From the NCBI GenBank assembly GCA_031414955.1, contig JANOQV010000280.1:1-22420 (forward strand): a stretch of DNA of 22,420 nt, given 5' to 3'. Every line of letters starts with the position of its first letter. Within the stretch, counting starts at the first letter, position 1. The notes below the pieces were generated by a model. The model was not told where the DNA came from, did no database searches, and saw only the letters and a program-made list of their open reading frames with translations. The translations under genes were made by a program, and so were the position numbers. This document shows, in pieces, positions 1 to 6,555 of the stretch. This stretch comes from Pedosphaera sp. GTDB lineage: Bacteria > Verrucomicrobiota > Verrucomicrobiia > Limisphaerales > SIBH01.

Positions 1-760
1 GGCCCAAGCACGCGCTCCCTGATCTTAAACACCGCCTGAAACTCTGCCTCCGCCTCCGCAGACTTGCCTTGGGCACACAGCGCACTGGCCAGATTGTTTC
101 GGCTGTCCACCGTGTCGGGATGCTCGGGACCAAGCACGCGCTCCTTGAGCTTAAGCACCGCCCGAAACTCTGCCTCCGCCTCCGCATGCTTGCCATGGGC
201 AACCAGCGCACTGGCCAGGTTGTTCCGGCTGGTCAGCGTGCCGGGATGTTCGGGACCAAGCACGCGCTCCATGAGCTTAAGCACCGCCCGATGCTCTGCC
301 TCCGCCTCCGCAGACTTGCCCTGGGCATCTAGCGCATTGGCCAGATCGTCCCGGCTTTTCAGCGTGTCGGGATGTTCCGTTCCAAGCACGCGCTCCCTGA
401 GCTTAATTACCGCCCGAAACTCTGCCTCCGCCTCCGCAGACTTGCCCTGGGCATCCAGCGCGTTGGCCAGATTGTGCCGGCTGCGCAGCGTGTTGGGATG
501 TTCGGGACCAAACACACGCTCGCTGATCTTAAACACCGCCCGAAACTCTGCCTCCGCCGCCACATTCTTGCCTTGGGCACCCAGCGCACCGCCCAGATTG
601 TTCCGGCTGGTCAGCGTGTCGGGATGTTCGGATCCAAGCACACGCTCCCTGAGCTTAAGCACCGCCCGATGTTCTGCCTCCGCCTCCGCAGACTTGCCTT
701 GGCCATTCAGTGCCTTGGCCAGTTGGTTCCGGCTCTCCAGTATGTCGGGATGTTCGGACC
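1..760. repeat. 126-bp coding tandem repeat (TPR units)
   Basis: AGCAC(G/A)CGCTC..TGA(G/T)CTTAA recurs near 7, 133, 259, 385, 511 (variant) and 637, at 126-bp spacing. Confidence 0.9.
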
Positions 761-1055
761 CCAATTGCTCCGTCCGAATGCGGATGACCTCACGGAACAG
801 TCTTTCGGCTTGGGCATGTTGTCCCTTGTCGGCGAGCGCAATGGCCAAAACTTGGTTCGTAGCGGCCCATTCCAACGTGGCAGGGTGTTTCTCGGCGGTG
901 GTTGCAGACTGCGTCACGGAGCCAGAAAGGCCCATGACCAGGAGCAGCGCCACGACCTCCATGCGACCCGGCCAGACGCGGTACCATCGGGCCACCCGCC
1001 CGATTCCGAGTTCCTGGCTGATCGCGCTGGGGGCAATTTTTCGCGGGGTGTTCAT
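3..1055 (-). CDS. Tetratricopeptide-repeat protein (42-aa kinesin-light-chain/TPR_12-type repeats), probably exported; runs off the window's left edge
   Basis: Manual minus-strand translation from ATG 1055 (alternative ATG 962, MEVVALLLVMGLSGSVTQSA, signal-like) is open to the edge. About 7 units like TLTSRNNLASALxAQGKSAEAEAEFRAVLKLRERVLGPEHPD. Missing from the ORF track because it has no stop in the window. Confidence 0.9.
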   Translation of the reverse strand, partial: MNTPRKIAPSAISQELGIGRVARWYRVWPGRMEVVALLLVMGLSGSVTQSATTAEKHPATLEWAATNQVLAIALADKGQHAQAERLFREVIRIRTEQLGSEHPDILESRNQLAKALNGQGKSAEAEAEHRAVLKLRERVLGSEHPDTLTSRNNLGGALGAQGKNVAAEAEFRAVFKISERVFGPEHPNTLRSRHNLANALDAQGKSAEAEAEFRAVIKLRERVLGTEHPDTLKSRDDLANALDAQGKSAEAEAEHRAVLKLMERVLGPEHPGTLTSRNNLASALVAHGKHAEAEAEFRAVLKLKERVLGPEHPDTVDSRNNLASALCAQGKSAEAEAEFQAVFKIRERVLG

Positions 1056-1081
1056 ATTGGTGCGCAGGTGTAGGGCATTTT

Positions 1082-1109
1082 CCCGCCGCTGGTAAAGGGG
1101 AACGGCGGG
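1082..1109 (-). terminator. Possible hairpin after the ytfQ-like stop codon
   Basis: CCCGCCG(1082-1088)...CGGCGGG(1103-1109) inverted repeat directly after TAG 1112-1110; no clear U tract on the minus strand. Confidence 0.3.
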
Positions 1110-2056
1110 CTAATACTTCCGGCTGCCGATCACGTCCTTGGCCACGGACTGCTTGAAGACTTCGTCCTTCACGATGGTTTTCTTGGGCAGGGTCTTGCTG
1201 GCCTTCACGGCCTCGATGGCGTCGAACGCGGCCGGCCCAAGCAGCGGATTGCACTCGACGGTGCAGTTCAGCTTGCCCGCACCATCGCTTCGAACGCGCC
1301 CTTCACGCCGTCGATGGACACGACGATGACATCGGTGCCGGGCTTGAGGCCCGCTTCCTCGATGGCCTGGATCGCGCCGAGAGCCATGTCGTCGTTGTGC
1401 GCATAGACGGCGGCGATCTTTTTGCCCTCGGCCTTGAGGAAGGCTTCCATGACTTCCTAGCCCTTGGAGCGGGTGAAGTCGCCAGTCTGGGACTTGATGA
1501 TCTTGAGGCCGGGAGTTTTGGCGATGATTTCCTCGAAGCCCTTCTTGCGATCAATCGCCGGTGCGGCACCGGGCGTGCCTTGCAGTTCCACGATGCCGCC
1601 CTACCCTCCGAGCTTCTTGGCCAGCCATTCGCCGGCCAGGCGGCCTTCGGCAACGAAGTCCGAGGCGATGAGCGTGGTGTAGAGCGATTCGTCGGAGACC
1701 TTGATGCCGCGGTCCACGAGGATGATGGGAATCTTGGCGCGCTTCACTTCCTTGAGCACCGGTTCCCAGCCCGTCTCGACCACGGGCGCGAGGATGATGG
1801 CATCGACGCCTTGGGCGAGGAAGACGCGGAGGGCTTTGATCTGGTTCTCCTGCTTTTGCTGCGCGTCGGAGAACTTGAGGTTCACGCCACGCTTCCTGGC
1901 CTCGTCCTGGATGGACTGGGTCTCCGCGCTGCGCCAGGCGCTCTCGGCACCGATCTGGGAGAAGCCGACGGTGAGCTTTTTCTGCGCGGCGGACAGGAGC
2001 GTGGTGGAAGAAATCGCGACCAGCGCGAAAGCCAGGGTGGGTCGAAGGAATTTGAT
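1110..2056 (-). pseudogene. ytfQ: Pseudogene of a sugar ABC transporter periplasmic binding protein (YtfQ/galactofuranose-binding type)
   Basis: Reconstructed: (I)KFLRPTLAFALVAISSTTLLSAAQKKLTVGFSQIGAESAWRSAETQSI...FSDAQQKQENQIKALR...KKLGG*GGIVELQGT...GDFTRSKG*EVMEAFLK...AHNDDMALGAIQAI...AFEAMV/GKLNCTVECNPLLGP...SRKY*. Lesions: ATC at the expected start (2056-2054), TAG at 1603-1601 and 1459-1457, 1-nt frameshift near 1280. Confidence 0.85.
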
Positions 2057-2092
2057 GGCCGGAGGATTTGGGAAACTGAAGCGGCAGTCAAC

Positions 2093-2151
2093 AACGTGCC
2101 GCCCGCGTCTCGCTGGCAGGCGAGGAGCCGGCAGGATGCCGGTGGCACGTT
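2093..2151. repeat. REP-like imperfect inverted repeat
   Basis: AACGTGCCGCCCGCGTCTCGCTGGC ... GCCGGCAGGATGCCGGTGGCACGTT, abutting the mutarotase stop codon. Confidence 0.6.
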
Positions 2152-3052
2152 ACAGCGCCGCGCTGCTCAGGACCACGCGCAGCAAGGAGGAGCGCCCCGG
2201 CGCGAGCGTGATTTTGTTCCGCCCCACGTTGCCGGACTCCACGCAGATCATCTGCTTGTATTCGTCCTCGCCGAAGTCGGGCATCTGGGCGGATTTCGCG
2301 ATCCACGGGTTCCAGACCACGGTGGACTGGGAGCCGGACTTCTCGATCGAGATTTTCCGGCGCAGCGACGGGTCGCGGATTTCGATCGGGCTGGTCGTGT
2401 CGAGATAGATTCGGTCCACTTCCGAGGCAATCACGATGGCCTCGCTGATCTCGGTCTTTTGGGCGTAGCTCTCCACCTTGTCGAGGCAGGTGTTCCCCTT
2501 CAAACCGGTCACGGACACCTGCGTGATGTCCCCGACGTGAAAGTAGGTGTGGAGACAATTCTCGAAACTGAACTGCTGGTCGCGCGAATTGTTCGTGACG
2601 ATCAGTTCCAGGGCCAGCTTGTCGGTCACGGTCACGACGTAGTTGGCCGTGAACGCAGACCACATGGCGCCGGCACTCGTCTCCGGCAGGCGGAAACGCA
2701 AGGAGGCGCCGCCCTCGGGCAACGCGCTGGTCTCGTGCAGCTCCCAATCGGTGGTGCGGGCGAAACCGTGGGCCGGCTCGCCTTCGCGCGCGCCGAACCA
2801 GGGAAGGATCAACGGGATGCCGCCGCGAATCGGTTCCCGACGCGCGAAGCGGCTGCACTGGCTCATGAAGAGCAAGGGCGGCTGTCCGTGGAGTTGGAAA
2901 TCGGTGACATGCGCGCCGTGCAGATAAACCTCGGCGCTGGCCGTGTCGCTGGTCACCTCGATCTTGGGCAGCTCGCCATTGCCCTCGATGATGGAGACGC
3001 GACCGGGAATCTCGAATCTCCGCAAAGCCTCGATTTGATTGTCGTTCGCCAT
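2150..3052 (-). CDS. D-hexose-6-phosphate mutarotase (aldose 1-epimerase family, YeaD-like)
   Basis: Motifs GAHVT, PIRGGIPLILPWFG, HGFAR, LHTYF, EVDRIY, VVWNPW, MICVE. Confidence 0.92.
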   Translation of the reverse strand: MANDNQIEALRRFEIPGRVSIIEGNGELPKIEVTSDTASAEVYLHGAHVTDFQLHGQPPLLFMSQCSRFARREPIRGGIPLILPWFGAREGEPAHGFARTTDWELHETSALPEGGASLRFRLPETSAGAMWSAFTANYVVTVTDKLALELIVTNNSRDQQFSFENCLHTYFHVGDITQVSVTGLKGNTCLDKVESYAQKTEISEAIVIASEVDRIYLDTTSPIEIRDPSLRRKISIEKSGSQSTVVWNPWIAKSAQMPDFGEDEYKQMICVESGNVGRNKITLAPGRSSLLRVVLSSAAL

Positions 3053-3338
3053 AGGAATTGCGGCGCAGCTTAGTCACGGCGCGGCGGGATGCCCAAGCAC
3101 TTTTTGAACACCGCACCCGGCGGAACAGGGATTTGAACCATGCATTGCGCGCTGGCCGATGGTCGGCGAGTCCCATGACCGCCCGAGGACCGGTTTCCCC
3201 ATCGAGAGGGGCCGGGAGTTTCTTCCATGCCAAGCGCCGCGCGATCTGGACGAGTATCGGGACGGTGATGAATAATGAAACGTGAACCCACAGGCATCCG
3301 CGACCACGTTTGGGGGCCAAAGCCTCTGAGGAAAGAGA

Positions 3339-3416
3339 TGGTCGGAGCGACAGGATTCGAACCTGCGACTTCGTGGACCCAAACCACGCGCTCTAGCCAG
3401 GCTGAGCTACGCTCCG
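3339..3416 (-). tRNA. tRNA-Pro(TGG)
   Basis: Reverse complement CGGAGCGTAGCTCAGCCTGGCTAGAGCGCGTGGTTTGGGTCCACGAAGTCGCAGGTTCGAATCCTGTCGCTCCGACCA; anticodon arm CGTGG-TT TGG GT-CCACG, T-loop GGTTCGAATCC, encoded CCA. Confidence 0.97.
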
Positions 3417-3537
3417 AACCGAGGTGCGGAATTAGTCACATAACGGCCCGCAGCACGCAACGAGGATTTCGGACAACCATCAGGCACGGGGGAAATGTGG
3501 CTAGACGGGGCGGGTGACGCTGGTACATTTGCCCGGT

Positions 3538-4764
3538 ATGACGATACCCGCGCCCATCGCGCCCAAAAAGATTAACCTCCGCCGCCCGGAAATCATGGAG
3601 GCGGTGCAGGCTCAGGTCATCTCACATTACCGCAGCGAAGTAGTGGAGCGCATTCGCGCCACGGGCAACGTCATCTCGGCCCAGGGCCTGACCGTGAAGC
3701 TGGCCAAGGAGTTTGGCTTTTGCTACGGCGTGGAGCGCGCCATCGATCTGGCGTATGCGGCGCGGAAATCATTTCCGGCGGACAAACCTATTTTTCTGCT
3801 CGGGGAAATCATTCACAATCCCGAGGTCAACGATCAGATTCGCAATCTGGGCATCAAGACCATTTCCAACAAGCCGACCGATGCCGAAATCGCGCAATTG
3901 AATCGCGAAGATGTGGTCATCATCCCGGCCTTCGGCACCGAGGTCGTCACACGGCGCAAGCTGGAGGAGAAGGGCTGCGTGCTGGTGGATACAACTTGCG
4001 GCGACGTGATGAGCGTGTGGAAGCGGGTGCGGCAGTATTCCAAGGAGGCGGTCACGAGCATCATCCACGGCAAGGCCAAGCACGAGGAAACTAAAGCCAC
4101 GACCTCGCAGGCCACGGCCTACGGCAGCGGACATTACCTCGTGGTCTTCAACCTCGCGGAGACGGATTACGTCTGCGGCTACATCTTGCGGGGCGGGAAC
4201 AAGGAGGAGTTTCTCGCCAAGTTCAAGGGCGCCTACTCGGCGGGATTCGATCCCGACGAGCACCTCAAGGCCATCGGCGTGGCCAACCAGACCACCATGC
4301 TGCGCGGCGAGACAGAGGAAGTGCAGCGGCGGTTGAAGGCCGCGATGGTGGAACGCTTTGGAGTTGCGAGCATCGATCAGCATTTCCGGTTCTTCGACAC
4401 CATCTGTGGGGCCACTCAGGATCGGCAGGACGCCTTGCAGAAGCTGCTCAAGGAGCCAATGAACCTGCTGCTGGTGATCGGCGGTTACAATTCCTCGAAC
4501 ACCTCGCATCTGGCGGAGATGGGCGAGGCGCTGCTGCCGACTTACTTCATCAAGAACGCGGCCAAGATGGCCTCGGACAAGCTGATCGTTCACTTCGACC
4601 TGCACCAGCACGAGGAAGTCGAGACGCGGGACTGGCTGCCCTCGGGGAACATTACTGTGGGCATCACCGCCGGCGCTTCCTGTCCGAACAACTTGATCGA
4701 GGACGCGATCCGGCGGCTGTTCGAGCTGCGCGGCGTGTCGGTGCAGGAGTTGTTGAAGAACTGA
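3538..4764 (+). CDS. ispH: 4-hydroxy-3-methylbut-2-enyl diphosphate reductase (IspH/LytB, long type)
   Basis: FGFCYGVERAI, EIIHNPEVN, VDTTC, HEET, NQTT, DTICGATQDRQ, GGYNSSNT, GITAGASCP; the three Fe-S cysteines are present. ATG 3538 preferred over GTG 3514. Confidence 0.97.
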   Translation: MTIPAPIAPKKINLRRPEIMEAVQAQVISHYRSEVVERIRATGNVISAQGLTVKLAKEFGFCYGVERAIDLAYAARKSFPADKPIFLLGEIIHNPEVNDQIRNLGIKTISNKPTDAEIAQLNREDVVIIPAFGTEVVTRRKLEEKGCVLVDTTCGDVMSVWKRVRQYSKEAVTSIIHGKAKHEETKATTSQATAYGSGHYLVVFNLAETDYVCGYILRGGNKEEFLAKFKGAYSAGFDPDEHLKAIGVANQTTMLRGETEEVQRRLKAAMVERFGVASIDQHFRFFDTICGATQDRQDALQKLLKEPMNLLLVIGGYNSSNTSHLAEMGEALLPTYFIKNAAKMASDKLIVHFDLHQHEEVETRDWLPSGNITVGITAGASCPNNLIEDAIRRLFELRGVSVQELLKN

Positions 4765-4857
4765 ATCCGAGTTTCGCAGTTGGAACCACGGATTTGACGG
4801 ATAACACGGGTGGGCCACGGCTTGCCACCCGGCCCGCGACGGATTAAGAATGGCCCC

Positions 4858-5106
4858 ATGAGCACCACGGCGTTGCACATCATTGAACTGGTCAAGAGCC
4901 TCCCGCTGCCGGAACAGCAGGCCATCTACAGCGAGATGGCCCGTTACCGTTCCGAACTGTTGGCGCGGCAATCCCACGGTTCCGCCGCCCGCCCCCGCAT
5001 GGCGGAAGAGGGCATTCCGAATGACCATGCCTTCTTCACGATCCTCGAAGCAGACGAAGCCGCCCGGCGGCGCGATTTTGGCCCTCCTCCGCCCGATTTC
5101 AACTGA
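4858..5106 (+). CDS. Putative antitoxin (82 aa) upstream of VapC
   Basis: MSTTALHIIELVKSLPLPEQQAI...RRRDFGPPPPDFN; ends 3 nt before a PIN toxin gene. Confidence 0.7.
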   Translation: MSTTALHIIELVKSLPLPEQQAIYSEMARYRSELLARQSHGSAARPRMAEEGIPNDHAFFTILEADEAARRRDFGPPPPDFN

Positions 5107-5109
5107 GCC

Positions 5110-5553
5110 GTGTATCTGCTCGACACGAACGTTCTCAGCGAAATCGCCCGCAGTCGGCCCCACCCGGATGTGCTCGCGCGCTTCCGCGCCGCGCCGGACG
5201 CGGCCTTGTTCACTTCGGCCATTTGCATCGAAGAAATCCATTTCGGCATCGCCGCCGGGCCGGACGGTGACATGGTGCGGCAGCGCATGGAAAGCCGGGT
5301 GCTGTTCCGCGTGGCAGTGCTGGCTCTGGACGATGTTGTGGCAAAAGTGGCCGGTGCCCTGCGCGGCGAGTGGAAGGTGCGCGGAACGCCCGTCGGCTAC
5401 CGGGACGGACTCATCGCCGCGACGGCCCAGGCTCACGCACTGATCCTGGTGACCCGCAACACGCGCCACTTCGATCACGTCGGCGGATTGCCGATTGAAA
5501 ACTGGTTCGAGCCGGCGCCCCCGGTTGCGCCAGAGCCGCCGGGTGACCGCTGA
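5110..5553 (+). CDS. vapC: VapC-family PIN-domain ribonuclease toxin
   Basis: YLLDTNVLSE, SAICIEEI, DGLIAATA, LVTRNTRHF, ENW are canonical VapC motifs. Confidence 0.93.
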   Translation: MYLLDTNVLSEIARSRPHPDVLARFRAAPDAALFTSAICIEEIHFGIAAGPDGDMVRQRMESRVLFRVAVLALDDVVAKVAGALRGEWKVRGTPVGYRDGLIAATAQAHALILVTRNTRHFDHVGGLPIENWFEPAPPVAPEPPGDR

Positions 5554-5559
5554 GGTGCG

Positions 5560-5643
5560 TGCCCGAACAACTTGATCGAAGACGCCATCCGGCGGCTGTT
5601 CGAATTGCGCGGCGTGTCGGTGCAGGAGTTGTTGAAGAACTGA
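5560..5643 (+). repeat. Second copy of the ispH 3' end (84 bp, CPNNLIEDAIRRLFELRGVSVQELLKN*)
   Basis: Matches 4681-4764 with 5 substitutions, all synonymous (TGT/TGC, GAG/GAA, GCG/GCC, GAG/GAA, CTG/TTG). Confidence 0.97.
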
Positions 5644-5700
5644 GCCACGCGATCGCCTCGTGTGCGCCGGGCTCGCCGCAAACGACCGGCCCGCGCTCAC

Positions 5701-5783
5701 GTAGGACAGCGCTTCCAGCCTGTCTCAAACGAGTTTTCTCGCGCTCTGTCGGGAGCGTCTGCGACAGATTCCTGCCTTGCCCC
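5701..5783. repeat. Degenerate GTAG-type REP element
   Basis: GTAGGACAGCGCTTCCAGCCTGTC (GTAG followed by GACAG..CTGTC palindrome), with a decayed partner GACAGATTCCTGCCTTGCCCC. Confidence 0.45.
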
Positions 5784-5810
5784 CGGCGGTCGCCATGGTA
5801 CAAATGCGGC

Positions 5811-5996
5811 ATGACGAGTAAAACTGTGAGCGTGGACGTGCCGGCCAAGGTACTGCTGAGGTTGGAGTCGTTCTTCAAAGATTTCACCGCCGCAGTGGAT
5901 CGCGCGAAAAAGCAGATGCGGCGCGACCAAGCCGAGATTGAGCGGCTGAAAACCGAGACGCGCTCGATGCTGGCGGAGTTGAAGACGCGGCGGTGA
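5811..5996 (+). CDS. Small hypothetical protein (61 aa), RHH-like N terminus plus coiled coil
   Basis: MTSKTVSVDVPAKVLLRLESFFKDFTAAVDRAKKQMRRDQAEIERLKTETRSMLAELKTRR; promoter-like TTGCCC...TGGTACAAAT just upstream; 3-nt gap to the next ORF. Confidence 0.65.
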   Translation: MTSKTVSVDVPAKVLLRLESFFKDFTAAVDRAKKQMRRDQAEIERLKTETRSMLAELKTRR

Positions 5997-5999
5997 ACG

Positions 6000-6257
6000 A
6001 TGTGGCGGCACTTTTTTAATTTCGCCGGGCGGCTTTGGAGCCTGCTGGACGACACGCAGCAAAACAAAACGGAGATCAAGGAGTTGCGCCGCGAGTTCCG
6101 GGATTTGACCGCCGAAGTGCGCCACCTGTCCTACGAACTGCGTCGCGTCGCTGAAACCGACGGCCACGAACGCGAAAAACTGGCCCTCCGAATGGAGAAT
6201 GTTTTGCTCCGCTTCGAGCGACGGCTGCCGGGCAGCAAGCAAAAGGGCGGTGAGTGA
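6000..6257 (+). CDS. Small hypothetical coiled-coil protein (85 aa)
   Basis: MWRHFFNFAGRLWSLLDDTQQNKTEIKELRREFRDLTAEVRHLSYELRR...EREKLALRMENVLLRFERRLP; amphipathic N helix followed by heptads. Confidence 0.75.
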   Translation: MWRHFFNFAGRLWSLLDDTQQNKTEIKELRREFRDLTAEVRHLSYELRRVAETDGHEREKLALRMENVLLRFERRLPGSKQKGGE

Positions 6258-6322
6258 GAGGCCGCGTCCGGCGGCTGTTCGAATTGCGTGGGGTGTCGGT
6301 GCAGGAGTTGTTGAAGAACTGA
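6258..6322 (+). repeat. Third copy of the ispH 3' end (about 65 bp)
   Basis: GAGGCCGCG-TCCGGCGGCTGTTCGAATTGCGTGGGGTGTCGGTGCAGGAGTTGTTGAAGAACTGA; last 30 bp identical in all three copies. Confidence 0.95.
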
Positions 6323-6555
6323 ACTGGCCGCGAGAGCACGCCGAGCAATGTCGCCCCGCATGCTTGCCGCTTTTCTTAAAGGTTGTAGAAACTAGGAACT
6401 GACTGCTCAGGCTAATGGGTGACCTCATTCTTGACCCATTCTGACCCCGTTCCGTTCTGATCCCGTTCCTGAGTGAACAGCACCAAGCCGAATTTTAGAG
6501 TTGGGCGGTAAGAGCTTCAGTTCATATGGCGGGCCAGAACATGGCGCGTTGACGA

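Noticed and set aside
64..1095. Plus-strand repeat ORFs (343 aa, 233 aa, 87 aa)
   Set aside because: Antisense shadows of the minus-strand TPR gene.
1457..1603. Amber recoding (pyrrolysine or alternative code) in the ytfQ-like gene
   Set aside because: The same gene also has a frameshift and a lost start, and TAG is the normal stop of dgt, feoB and this gene.
3339..3416. tRNA-Pro as the island integration site
   Set aside because: No convincing duplicate of its 3' end; the 12/13 match near 7467 lies inside a CDS and is likely chance.
1397..5700. Long ORFs 1397-3073(+), 2088-3320(-) and 3769-5700(-)
   Set aside because: Shadow frames of well-supported GC-rich genes.
4681..6322. Diversity-generating retroelement TR/VR pair, or integron
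   Set aside because: Differences are synonymous rather than adenine-specific; no reverse transcriptase, IntI or clear attC structure is seen.
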